Below are positions 53,731-63,373 of a DNA stretch of 64,000 nt, in pieces (the first letter of the stretch is position 1; each line of letters starts with the position of its first letter). The notes below the pieces were generated by a model. That model saw only the letters and a list, made by a program, of their open reading frames with translations, searched no databases and was not told the origin of the DNA. The stretch is from the IMG/VR virus record IMGVR_UViG_3300032117_000008. The stretch is one strand, 5' to 3'. This DNA comes from an uncultured virus (IMG/VR IMGVR_UViG_3300032117_000008) (lineage: Duplodnaviria; Heunggongvirae; Uroviricota; Caudoviricetes). The position numbers and the translations under genes are program-made.

Positions 53731-54354
53731 TTATTTTCCCGCGTTCATACCTGCTTGGGTATCGTTGAATAGTTTTTTTGCATCTTCATCTGGAACGTGA
53801 GAAGGAACGCCATGTCTGAAACTATCAAAATCGCCTGCTTGCGCGGCCATTCTCATTTTACTTGAAGACATACCCTCAACTCCTTCGGCGTCAGGATCTC
53901 TATCGCCAGCCGACACAACTTTTAATTTATTGAAATTGTAATAACCATGTTTACCAGGAACACCGTTATATTGTTTTAACATTTTAGTAAATTCAGGAAC
54001 TCTATCAGAACCAACTACGACAGTTGCTTCCGGGTGTCCAGCTGCATGTAATCTACTTAGATGATGTAAAATTGTTGGCGTTTCTTTGGAAGAACCAACA
54101 AAATTGGTTTGTGGAAAAAACTTTCTTGCATGCTCTAACTTTTGATCAATACTTAATGGATTCTTATTTGAATCTTGAGAGTGAGAAAGAATAATTTCAT
54201 GATGAGCACCTTGTTTGTTGGCCAAATCATGAACCTTTTCAATAACTTTTTGATGACCAATTGTAGGACCCGGATTCATTCTTCCGTAAGTCAATACTAC
54301 TGGTCTTGTATCTTTATTTGACTCTCTTAAGTATTGAAGAAAACTACGTAGCAT
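53731..54354 (-). CDS. Cytidyltransferase-like (HIGH-type) nucleotidyltransferase
   Basis: GRMNP.PTIGH, VGSDR, MSSSKMR. Confidence 0.8.
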   Translation of the reverse strand: MLRSFLQYLRESNKDTRPVVLTYGRMNPGPTIGHQKVIEKVHDLANKQGAHHEIILSHSQDSNKNPLSIDQKLEHARKFFPQTNFVGSSKETPTILHHLSRLHAAGHPEATVVVGSDRVPEFTKMLKQYNGVPGKHGYYNFNKLKVVSAGDRDPDAEGVEGMSSSKMRMAAQAGDFDSFRHGVPSHVPDEDAKKLFNDTQAGMNAGK

Positions 54355-55582
54355 TAGCAGCCGCCTGTTGTTTTTGGAAAGCGCCCTTCAAGAAATTTTG
54401 ACGGGCAAATTCTTTTCTGTTGACAAATTTAGTCATTTCACCTTTTTTATTGGCAGCAACAACGCCTTCCGGATTTGTTCCTTCACCACCAATTGAATGA
54501 CCCCATTGATTGTTTTTGGCCATTACGCCAGTCAATACATCTTTGGCCTTTTGAAGATGATTATGAAGCTCCAAAGCTTTCTTAAAATGATCTTTATTGT
54601 CATATATTTCTTGCATCATCGCAGCGTGAGCTTGACGTTTTTTATTTTTTGCTGCTTCAGTTTTTACAGAATCTAAATCTTTTTGATGTCTTGCTTGAAG
54701 ATGAGCCAAATAACCTTCAACAGAAGGCTCTCCGCCTTGTCTAACCATATCGTTTACATGAGTTTCAATATTTTGACCATGTTTAGAAACAACATCAAAA
54801 GCTTCTGGTTTCATACTGCGATAAGTTCTTGTTGCTGCTTCTCTATGACTAAGAAATTCCTGTTGTTCAGCGGGCGTATAATTAGCCGGATTTATTGTTA
54901 TTGTTGGATCAATATTATGAACATCCGGATGATTACTTAATCTAGCTCTTTCTTTATCATCTAATGGGCCAGCTGACATACCTTCGAGTCCAGCTCCTTT
55001 TGGTCCTTTGTATTTTGTATGAATTACAACGCCCATTTTTGCCGCCTTAATTTTTGCTGCATCGGCTGAATCAGTAGGTGTTGAATACGTAATAGTGTTT
55101 GGCGTAAAACTATGACGACCACCAGAGGTTGTAATATCAGGCTTAGTATACTTCATATCGCCTTGATATACATCTACGGCCTTTGCGTTTTGTGGCATAA
55201 TTTTAGGAAGATGTTCAAAAGCAGCATGCATTTTTTTAGCCAATCCTGGAGCATGCCCATAGTGTTTATCGATATCTTCGTGACTAAATGCAAGTTTTGG
55301 AGTTTTATTAAAAGCGCCTTTTGTTGCAACAAAAAACTGACCTGTTTGTGGATGATGACCAAATACTATAGAGGGCGCACCATCAAACTTTGTGGAAAAA
55401 TGAGTCGCCGAATTTTTACCCAATAGTTTTTTATGAGCGTCGTCTAGAAAATCAGCAGCTCTAGCAACACCTTCATGACCGTCGTAAATCGCGTTATCTT
55501 CTAAGTGACGAAGATGAGTTAATGGTTTACCTTCAGTTTGTTTAACAGGAGCTTCTATTAAATAAGTTTTAAAATTAAGCAT
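54344..55582 (-). CDS. DUF6267-like protein with ligase-type motifs
   Basis: HLRHLED, TKFDGAP, YQGD, PNTITY, EGVV, KFVNR.EF. Confidence 0.7.
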   Translation of the reverse strand: MLNFKTYLIEAPVKQTEGKPLTHLRHLEDNAIYDGHEGVARAADFLDDAHKKLLGKNSATHFSTKFDGAPSIVFGHHPQTGQFFVATKGAFNKTPKLAFSHEDIDKHYGHAPGLAKKMHAAFEHLPKIMPQNAKAVDVYQGDMKYTKPDITTSGGRHSFTPNTITYSTPTDSADAAKIKAAKMGVVIHTKYKGPKGAGLEGMSAGPLDDKERARLSNHPDVHNIDPTITINPANYTPAEQQEFLSHREAATRTYRSMKPEAFDVVSKHGQNIETHVNDMVRQGGEPSVEGYLAHLQARHQKDLDSVKTEAAKNKKRQAHAAMMQEIYDNKDHFKKALELHNHLQKAKDVLTGVMAKNNQWGHSIGGEGTNPEGVVAANKKGEMTKFVNRKEFARQNFLKGAFQKQQAAANAT

Positions 55583-57015
55583 TATTGCGCTCCTTGTGCT
55601 TGCATATTTTGAGCGTGTTCGGTGTCAGCCGGACTATAGAAACTTGTACCGCTATGTTCTCCAGTACTATTACCAAATATAGGATGAGTCTGTTGATGTT
55701 TTAAAGCCGCTACTTGTTGTGGTGTTGGTTTAGTAGGTGATTTACTATTCTTTACTTTTTTTGTTGTTGGAGGTGTTTCTACAGTTTTCGGATAACTTCC
55801 ATTTTGTTTAACATCAGAAGTTTTTATGCTGGCATTTACTGGATAAGAGCTGACAGGGTTTCTAGAAGTAGTAGGTCTAGTATCTAACGCTAAATCCATG
55901 GGGCCAACTTTAAAAGTTGATTTTCCAGAATAACTGTGACCGTTTAAACCATTTCTTGTAATTGATTTAGTAAGATAATCACTAGTATCATAAACTGAAG
56001 CTTCAGGTTTATTTCTTTCTGTAGAAACAAGTATAGATGGAGCTTGATCTTTATGAATATTAGCCATATCTCTAATTAAAGATTCTTTAATTTGATCGTG
56101 TTCTGGAGAAGTTGAAGGATGATCTAAAATTTTAGAAATAGAATCATGTAAAGCTGCAGCCATTCTAGTTTTCATTTTTAAATTTTCATTTGCCATATCA
56201 TTATAAGCTGCTCTTAACTTAGGATCTTTACTGTCTCTTAAATGACTCACAGCGTGTTTACTCAAATTTCCACCAATAACCTGACCATTCGAATTCATCA
56301 TAGGTTTATAAGTTAATTTTTTATCGCCTAATTCATTAAAATATTTAGATAAAACATCATGATGTTTTGCCAAAGCAGTTTGTTGAGAAAGAACTCCTTC
56401 TTTTCCTATATTATTTAAAGTTTCTTGTAAACCGCTTTTTTCTCCATGCATTAATTGATGATGTTTATCAATTATACCAGACATAGTTTTTACACTAGGA
56501 GAATGTATTTTTATTGTAGAAGAAGGAGATTTAGCATATTTTAAAGAAGCTCCCAAATGTTCTAAATAAACTTTAGATTTATCAGGTTCTCCTCTATCAT
56601 TTTGCGTACTAATTTCTAAATCAGCTCCTCCAGACCTACCAACATTTTCTTTACCAATATGTCTAGAATCTGAAACGCCCAAATTATAATTATTTCTAAG
56701 ATGATTTATAATAGCAGAAGCAGTTTTTTTAGAATCTTCATGCATGTTTCCCATTTCTTCGTCGCCGAAATGAGCTCTCGCATTTCCCAATTCAGGAATT
56801 TGCGAAAATTTATTCGGATCATATTTTTGATTTAACATATGCTGCATAGCAGCAGAATGAGAACTTTCTAAATTAGAACCATTTTGTAATGAATTTTTTA
56901 AATGATTAATATATTTTTGCAATAAATGATGAGTAAGATGTTCGTTAGCATGGCCAGAAAAAGCAGTGTCAGCTCCTTTAGATTCAATTAAAAAATCCTT
57001 AAAATTAATCATCAA
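55582..57015 (-). CDS. Putative virion-packaged protein, possible nuclease fold
   Basis: MINFKDFLIE N-terminus; E...ADLEI...SLK. Confidence 0.5.
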   Translation of the reverse strand: MMINFKDFLIESKGADTAFSGHANEHLTHHLLQKYINHLKNSLQNGSNLESSHSAAMQHMLNQKYDPNKFSQIPELGNARAHFGDEEMGNMHEDSKKTASAIINHLRNNYNLGVSDSRHIGKENVGRSGGADLEISTQNDRGEPDKSKVYLEHLGASLKYAKSPSSTIKIHSPSVKTMSGIIDKHHQLMHGEKSGLQETLNNIGKEGVLSQQTALAKHHDVLSKYFNELGDKKLTYKPMMNSNGQVIGGNLSKHAVSHLRDSKDPKLRAAYNDMANENLKMKTRMAAALHDSISKILDHPSTSPEHDQIKESLIRDMANIHKDQAPSILVSTERNKPEASVYDTSDYLTKSITRNGLNGHSYSGKSTFKVGPMDLALDTRPTTSRNPVSSYPVNASIKTSDVKQNGSYPKTVETPPTTKKVKNSKSPTKPTPQQVAALKHQQTHPIFGNSTGEHSGTSFYSPADTEHAQNMQAQGAQ

Positions 57016-57659
57016 ACTTTCCTCGTAGTAATAGTTGTTTCCCCAGTTTCTGGGTTATGTTGTACATGATGCGCGTGAAACTCTACATCTTTATGTTTCT
57101 TTTTCAAAGACAACATAGCTTCTAAATTCTCCGCTGAATCATCATACAAATGAACTCTTTTATAACCATGTTTATCAATAGCGTCCGATATAATTGCTTT
57201 CTTTGCCTCTGAGGGTTTTTTCTTTTCGTTCGGAGGATTACCAGATCTTCTAACGTGAACCTTACCGATATCGATACCAAACTTCATCATATGATGAGCA
57301 AATTTAGGCTGATCGTCTAAATCTTGGCGCGCTGTTAGTATTTCTACTTTACGACCTTTATCAGACAATCCTTTCAATTTATTTATGACTTTCTTAATAG
57401 GTTTCGCTGATTTACCAAACACATCTGAAGATTTGAACTCGCCAAAATCATATGAATGTCCAGGAGGCAATTGATGAGTATTGAATTCAGAACTCGTCAA
57501 GGTTCTAACTCTTTTGCCTGATGAATCTTTGACGTGAACTCTAAGCTTGCTGTTATCGTGATGAACCAAAGTATCGTCTAGATCGTAATAATGAATTTCA
57601 TGCTTTGGATTATTGGTTTCTTCAACAATAAAATCAGCGAAATCTTTAAACGTTATCAT
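57012..57659 (-). CDS. HAD phosphatase (RNA-repair type)
   Basis: YDLDDTL, LTAR, K, YDD; late promoter at 57686. Confidence 0.75.
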   Translation of the reverse strand: MITFKDFADFIVEETNNPKHEIHYYDLDDTLVHHDNSKLRVHVKDSSGKRVRTLTSSEFNTHQLPPGHSYDFGEFKSSDVFGKSAKPIKKVINKLKGLSDKGRKVEILTARQDLDDQPKFAHHMMKFGIDIGKVHVRRSGNPPNEKKKPSEAKKAIISDAIDKHGYKRVHLYDDSAENLEAMLSLKKKHKDVEFHAHHVQHNPETGETTITTRKV

Positions 57660-57705
57660 TATAATTCCTATATTAGATTATGGTTTATTTATAGTTTTTA
57701 GATAA

Positions 57706-57735
57706 TAAAAAAGGCGAGCTTTTCAGCCCGCCTTT
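57706..57735 (-). terminator. Rho-independent terminator
   Basis: AAAGGCGGGCT-GAAA-AGCTCGCCTTT plus T-run on the minus strand. Confidence 0.75.
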
Positions 57736-57739
57736 AATT

Positions 57740-57844
57740 AACGAAAATACGGTTAAGGGGAACCCCACCCATGTTTTCTTAACTATTCCGTGTCTCTTTA
57801 TAGACTCTTGCCTCTTGCGACGTTGCGCAATACGTATTTTCGTT
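57740..57844 (-). ncRNA. Structured intergenic RNA
   Basis: Perfect 12-bp closing stem with internal hairpins. Confidence 0.45.
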
Positions 57845-57848
57845 TGTA

Positions 57849-58058
57849 TTATTTAGTCTTTCTTTTGTTTTTATTTTTCTTAATTTCAATTTTTTTCAGA
57901 AAAAAACTTGGAGTGAACCCATCGAATCCGCTACCAAGGTTGAGCTGACGCATAAATTTGCGACAACCTTCTTTGTTGTCGAAAGTTTTGATAATTTGTT
58001 CTGTTGCTGTTTCGAAAACCTGATGAACACCGTTATCAACCTTCATCTTATAATTCAT
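57849..58058 (-). CDS. Hypothetical protein
   Basis: TTGACT-N17-TATACT promoter at 58085-58113; GFDGFTPSF. Confidence 0.6.
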   Translation of the reverse strand: MNYKMKVDNGVHQVFETATEQIIKTFDNKEGCRKFMRQLNLGSGFDGFTPSFFLKKIEIKKNKNKRKTK

Positions 58059-58120
58059 GATTTCATCCTTTTTTCTCAGTTTATAGTATACTTTAGATTT
58101 TTATGAAAGTCAAGCGGATT

Positions 58121-58531
58121 TTAACGATTCGGATAAAAAATTTCCAAAGGCTTTTTCTTTTTAACGGCATAGTCGTGAGTATACCAAGTTCCGCCATTCT
58201 TTTGATGTTCTGTTTGGTATGGTACAACCATTAAAACGTCACAACTATCAACAATATTTCTATTTCTTTCAAAATAAGAGTATGGTGGTCGATATTCGTC
58301 CGATTTGTGAAATGCTCTAAGTTCAGATTTAATGGGCGGATGACAAACAATTTTACAACCCAATTGTTGAGCTATGTTAGCAACTTCAACATCAACTCCA
58401 ACACAATCTCCATGATGAAGTTCAATGTTGCCAAGAAGATAAATCATACCTTCAAGATATTTTTTAACTTCTTTTAATTGTTTATCATCCATACCGGAAC
58501 GAGTTCCAGTTACGCCTATTTTATGTATCAC
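58121..58531 (-). CDS. SLOG-superfamily protein
   Basis: GVTGTR, HGDCVGVD, RN..IV, GGTWYT. Confidence 0.65.
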   Translation of the reverse strand: MIHKIGVTGTRSGMDDKQLKEVKKYLEGMIYLLGNIELHHGDCVGVDVEVANIAQQLGCKIVCHPPIKSELRAFHKSDEYRPPYSYFERNRNIVDSCDVLMVVPYQTEHQKNGGTWYTHDYAVKKKKPLEIFYPNR

Positions 58532-59031
58532 TTGACTAACTCTTCAATATGAACAGGTGTGTAATCACGAACTTCAACGCAACAATTTATATAACGTTTA
58601 TCTTGCATAAGTCCTCTGTGGGCGCCTTTATGAACGTGACCATGAAGATTATACTTACGTTTATACAATGCGCTTTCGTGCAAAGGAACGTGAGAAAGAA
58701 TACAATCAAATTCCTTGAAATCTCTCCACATGAGTATTTTCTCAAAATTGTTTAGAAGATGTTCACTTTTTCCATTGTCATGATTGCCAAGGATCAATCT
58801 TTTTCTTCCGCGCAATCTAGAAAGCATTTGGTGACCTTTACCAAAATAAACGTCACCAAGATGATATACAATATCATTATCCTTAATCGTTTTGTTCCAA
58901 CGTTCAACCATATACTCATTCATATGATGAACATCATGAAACTCACGTACAGGTCCGCCATCAAAACCTGTAAATTTAAGAATGTTTTCATGACCAAAGT
59001 GCGTATCACTTATTATATAAATGTCTCTCAT
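58528..59031 (-). CDS. Calcineurin-like metallophosphoesterase
   Basis: SDTHFGH, HLGD, GNHD, HGHVH. Confidence 0.88.
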   Translation of the reverse strand: MRDIYIISDTHFGHENILKFTGFDGGPVREFHDVHHMNEYMVERWNKTIKDNDIVYHLGDVYFGKGHQMLSRLRGRKRLILGNHDNGKSEHLLNNFEKILMWRDFKEFDCILSHVPLHESALYKRKYNLHGHVHKGAHRGLMQDKRYINCCVEVRDYTPVHIEELVK

Positions 59032-60431
59032 TTAAACCCCGAAAATTTAGATCTATCAAATTTATTTTTTGGTTTAGAACGTTCGTAATCTTCCTCGCCA
59101 AATTTAGTATTATCCATTACGGGACCTTCAAGGATATCTTCTTGTGCTGATTGTTCTACATCATAGAGACGCATTTTGCTACGATCAACCCCAAGAACAA
59201 ACCTACGATTAATGTTGGGATCATTGTATCTATTCTTAAGCTGCTTAACCATAATTTGACCGAGGTCTTGAAGTTCTTCTGATGAGATGAGTGCAAACAT
59301 AAAATCAGCTGTGGCTGGGAGTCCAAAGGATTCTGATGTATCTTCCAATCCCACGTCGCTGTTCGAATATCCGCTTCTAGTTGTCTGAGTTGCACTGACG
59401 ATAGGAACATTGAATTCAACTGCCAACCCTCGTAGCTCTTCCGCGATTGACTTGATAAGGGTATAAGAATTGACGAGGGAACCATGTTTAATCCTTGATG
59501 ACATACAAATGTTTAGATAATCAATATAGATAATATCAGGCACAAACTTCTTTTTCAACTTCAATTCGTTTAGCAGATGTCGAAAGTTGGCCGAACCAGC
59601 ACAAGCTGTTGGATATTCTTTAATTACCAACTTACCTGTCGTTTTTCTTTTAATTCTAGCAATTTTCTTATCGTATATTTCTTTTGACAACTGCTTAAGA
59701 TCGTCAACTGTTACATCAAGCAAGTTCGCATCAATACGTTCAGCAATACGTTCTTCGGCCATTTCTAGTGTGATATAAAGAACATTCATACCAGCTGACA
59801 AATTGCCCGCCGCGCAATGACACATGAAAAGAGATTTACCAACACCTGTACCCGCCAAAGCGATATTAAGAGTCTTTTTTGGTAACCCGCCTTGAGTGAT
59901 CTTATTGAAGAATTCTAGATCGAACGGTATTCTATCTTCTTTCGTATGATAGAATTCATAGCGTTCATTCGCGTCTTCAATGAAATCATGCCCAACGTGT
60001 GTATCAAATGATACGGCGAGCGCGTCTGATAAGATCTGTGGTATGGCCCCTTTAGAGGTTTTCCCATCACCGTCATCCAATATCCGAATGGATGACATGA
60101 TCGCGTTGTAGATAGCCTTATCTTGACAGAACTTTTCCGTCTGGTCGCTGAGCCATTCAAGTTTTGTTTCTTTATCTTCCGCGAAGGCACTGATAATTTC
60201 CTTTGATTGGTTGAAAACTTCTTGATTGATTCCGTCTTTATTAGACAGGTCGATCGCCAAGGCTTCTTTGGATGGAAACGAGTTATACTTGTTAACGTAT
60301 TCCTGAACGAGTTTAAAAATAATTTTATGTGATTGATCCGAAAAATATTCTTCCTTAAGAAAAGGAATAACTTTACGGGCGTACTGTTCGTTATAAATTA
60401 GATTAGAAAAGATTGTTGTTTCAATCATCAA
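59028..60431 (-). CDS. 41: Replicative helicase gp41
   Basis: AGTGVGKS, LEMAEE, DYLNI, ATQTTR, SESFGLP, QLKNRY. Confidence 0.95.
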   Translation of the reverse strand: MMIETTIFSNLIYNEQYARKVIPFLKEEYFSDQSHKIIFKLVQEYVNKYNSFPSKEALAIDLSNKDGINQEVFNQSKEIISAFAEDKETKLEWLSDQTEKFCQDKAIYNAIMSSIRILDDGDGKTSKGAIPQILSDALAVSFDTHVGHDFIEDANERYEFYHTKEDRIPFDLEFFNKITQGGLPKKTLNIALAGTGVGKSLFMCHCAAGNLSAGMNVLYITLEMAEERIAERIDANLLDVTVDDLKQLSKEIYDKKIARIKRKTTGKLVIKEYPTACAGSANFRHLLNELKLKKKFVPDIIYIDYLNICMSSRIKHGSLVNSYTLIKSIAEELRGLAVEFNVPIVSATQTTRSGYSNSDVGLEDTSESFGLPATADFMFALISSEELQDLGQIMVKQLKNRYNDPNINRRFVLGVDRSKMRLYDVEQSAQEDILEGPVMDNTKFGEEDYERSKPKNKFDRSKFSGFK

Positions 60432-60646
60432 TGATCCCTGATATTAGTGAAATATCCCAATACATAATTTTCTGCAGCATCAGACACGTAATGAATAGAA
60501 TTGTTTGGATAAGCTATTGAATGAATATACTTTTCTTTTTCAAAAAAGTCAATAGCGTAATAATCGTCGTCTATACGGTTAATTACAGCCTTCTTCAATT
60601 TATCGTCAGAGTAATACTCGTCAATGATTTTATTCGACATCTTCAT
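60428..60646 (-). CDS. Hypothetical protein
   Basis: Between uvsX and 41; DAAENYVLG. Confidence 0.6.
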   Translation of the reverse strand: MKMSNKIIDEYYSDDKLKKAVINRIDDDYYAIDFFEKEKYIHSIAYPNNSIHYVSDAAENYVLGYFTNIRDH

Positions 60647-61673
60647 TCTCCATTATAGCGCCAGTCGCCATCTTATACTTGTTTTCAATAAAATTAGCGA
60701 AGTCGGTTTCCTTAAAAAGAGTTGTCCAAAATTCTTTATTATCAACAATTTCACTGGCTCTAAATGAAGGAGTGCGAACTTCGCCTGTTACTCTGTCAAC
60801 AGTCGCATACCAACCAACCTTTGGCTTTGTTATATAATTACCTTCTAAGGCCACATCGAGAAGGCCAGACCAACGGTTAATACCACCTTCAAAAGAAACG
60901 GTAATCGGTATCTTTGATTTTTCTTTGACAAATCTAGACTTTTCAACATTGATAACAAAATGATATCCTGCAATCTCATTTCCTTCTTTATCCTGCTGGC
61001 GGCCGAGAATCCAAATACTATCAGCGCCGTAATAAGCGCCAGTACCGCCACCAACAATCGCTTTAGGAAACATACCAATTTCCATGTAAGTATGATTGAT
61101 CGCGACCATAGGAATATCTTTGAGTGAAAGATGAGGCGTAATCATACGAAACAATGATTTAAGTTGCTTTGCACGAGTCATATCGGCGACAGATTTTTCA
61201 TTCAGCGCATCTTCAACTTCCTTTTTAGAAGCTAGATTACCGATCGAATCAATTAGAATCATTACATGATCGCCGCGTTCGATATTCTTTAATTGAGTCA
61301 TTATATCAAACTTAAGTTCTTCAATATCCGTAATAGGTGTATGGACAACAGAATTAAGATCAATACCGAAAGTTTCAAAATAAGACTGAGGCGTACCGAA
61401 CTCTGAATCGTAAAATAGAATTATACCATCTTTATATTTCTTAAGAAAAGCCGAAGCAAGTAGAAGCGAAAAGCCGGACTTGAAATGTTTAGAAGGACCG
61501 GCAAGCATTGTTAGGCCCGGAGTAATACCGCCATCAATAGAACCAGACAACGCAACGTTAATCATTGGAACTGATGTTGGAATCATATCTTTCTTAGTGA
61601 AAATTTTACTATCAATTAGACTCGCTGTAAGATCTATTGTACTGTTTTTAATAAGTTTTTCTTTAAGTGACAT
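60630..61673 (-). CDS. uvsX: UvsX RecA-like recombinase
   Basis: AGPSKHFKS, YDSEFG, DSIGNLAS, KSRFVKE. Confidence 0.95.
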   Translation of the reverse strand: MSLKEKLIKNSTIDLTASLIDSKIFTKKDMIPTSVPMINVALSGSIDGGITPGLTMLAGPSKHFKSGFSLLLASAFLKKYKDGIILFYDSEFGTPQSYFETFGIDLNSVVHTPITDIEELKFDIMTQLKNIERGDHVMILIDSIGNLASKKEVEDALNEKSVADMTRAKQLKSLFRMITPHLSLKDIPMVAINHTYMEIGMFPKAIVGGGTGAYYGADSIWILGRQQDKEGNEIAGYHFVINVEKSRFVKEKSKIPITVSFEGGINRWSGLLDVALEGNYITKPKVGWYATVDRVTGEVRTPSFRASEIVDNKEFWTTLFKETDFANFIENKYKMATGAIMENEDVE

Positions 61674-61724
61674 TGTTTACCTCTTATTTACGTATTATTA
61701 GTATAACTTATGTTTTGCAAAATA

Positions 61725-62063
61725 TCAACTGTTAATATAGTCATCCATCTTCTTAATGAAGTCTTTAATTTTCTTTTCTCTATCAGGCCAAACAATCGTA
61801 TCCTTTTCAGGATTCTTCATCAAATTATTAAGCAAAGGCATGATCATTTTGCGTAACCCTTGAGCTTTGTCCTCGACATTTGATTTTATTTGGTTTTGTA
61901 TTTCGTTACTATCGGAAAATGTAAACCCGAAATCGTCTTCAACTTCTTTATTTTCAATCATAGTTTTTCCTTTTAGTGGTTTGTCTTGATATGGGCAATT
62001 TCTTTTACCACAATCTTTTTTATCATCATCAAAACAAACAAAACAACCCCGATCTTGACTCAT
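61725..62063 (-). CDS. Hypothetical protein (start could instead be 61961)
   Basis: DDFGF...PLLNNLMKNPEK..I.WP.R. Confidence 0.55.
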   Translation of the reverse strand: MSQDRGCFVCFDDDKKDCGKRNCPYQDKPLKGKTMIENKEVEDDFGFTFSDSNEIQNQIKSNVEDKAQGLRKMIMPLLNNLMKNPEKDTIVWPDREKKIKDFIKKMDDYINS

Positions 62064-63373
62064 CCAAAAAAATCCTCCAACGTTGATCTTTGTTCTGCTT
62101 CCCAACCAATAACATCGGTTATAGACTTCAATGGTTCCAAAAACGATTTATTGAATTGCATATCACGATCTATATAATTATCAAGGTTAAATTGTTCGGG
62201 TAATAGATCAGAAGTCGCGATAACTGTGTCTTGAACGGGATTAGGTATCTTCAAATATGCAAATCTAATTTTATCTCCATCAGAAAGAGGAGGTATATTC
62301 GTAATATTATGCTTTTTGAGCATATTATTGAATAATAGAGCTCCCTTAACCTGAATTGGAGTTCCTTTCTTGTAGATATCAGCGGAATCTTTATACTTGT
62401 TTATTCCTTTCAATCCTCTTGGAAAAGCTACATCCTGAAACGGTAAAGAAGCAAATTCATTTCTAAATTCCTCAATGAATTTTTGTAGAGAAGCTTGATC
62501 CTCGTTCATTATTATACTAAGAGCTTTCTTAATATTTTCGCGGCAAGCATGTGGTGTTGAAGAACGAACAGCTTCAATACCAGACAATTTCAACTTGGGC
62601 TTATCATATTGAACACCTTCAACATTCCAAGCGTTAAGAATATACATCTTCTTACCACGCCAAATACCTTTGTTGGCAATGGTTTCACGCTTCATCTGCA
62701 TCTTCTGCTGATAAGCATTCATCATTCCAGCAAGTTCGTCATAACAAATATCAAGATATGGTTGAATCTTTTTTTCGCAGAATTGATCGATCAACTTAAC
62801 AGCTTTAAGCTCATCGCTGCCTTCAGGAATCAGTCGTTCAAATGTAACATAGATAGAATCAGTATCAGAAGCGATAACGTAATCAACATTTTCAGTCTTA
62901 CAAATCTTATTCATAAACTGATTCATCTTATTGATAATAAATTTAATTGTTAATTGACCTGACGAAGTAATAGATTCTGCATTATCAAAGTTAAACCAAC
63001 GAAAATACATATTAGACAAGGCTCCATAAAAGCTGTTGAGTTGAATTTTTTTGGCCATTTGGAGATTATTATATCTAGAAACTAATTTTTCATCTTCCTT
63101 GCTTTTGGTTTTTTCATATCTTTTTTTAGTCTCAATCATCAATTTTTTATATTTCGACCTGTCATCGAACATTTTTTGCATAAGCGCCGTTGCAAAACCA
63201 TGAGAATCATTTTTATATAAACAACCGTTTGCAGTCAAAGAATAACCTTCTATTTTTGGCGTCGTTTTATTTTTAAATATAAAAGAGTTATCATAAGATT
63301 CAGGTCGAATGTCATCTAACATTTTTTCCAGAGTATACAATTCTTCATCAGTTAAATTTTCTAAAATGTTCAT
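62060..63373 (-). CDS. 43: B-family DNA polymerase gp43, C-terminal part of a split gene
   Basis: KKIQLNSFYGAL, DTDS, KKMY, C-terminal clamp-binding TLEDFFG; no motif A or exonuclease domain. Confidence 0.9.
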   Translation of the reverse strand: MNILENLTDEELYTLEKMLDDIRPESYDNSFIFKNKTTPKIEGYSLTANGCLYKNDSHGFATALMQKMFDDRSKYKKLMIETKKRYEKTKSKEDEKLVSRYNNLQMAKKIQLNSFYGALSNMYFRWFNFDNAESITSSGQLTIKFIINKMNQFMNKICKTENVDYVIASDTDSIYVTFERLIPEGSDELKAVKLIDQFCEKKIQPYLDICYDELAGMMNAYQQKMQMKRETIANKGIWRGKKMYILNAWNVEGVQYDKPKLKLSGIEAVRSSTPHACRENIKKALSIIMNEDQASLQKFIEEFRNEFASLPFQDVAFPRGLKGINKYKDSADIYKKGTPIQVKGALLFNNMLKKHNITNIPPLSDGDKIRFAYLKIPNPVQDTVIATSDLLPEQFNLDNYIDRDMQFNKSFLEPLKSITDVIGWEAEQRSTLEDFFG

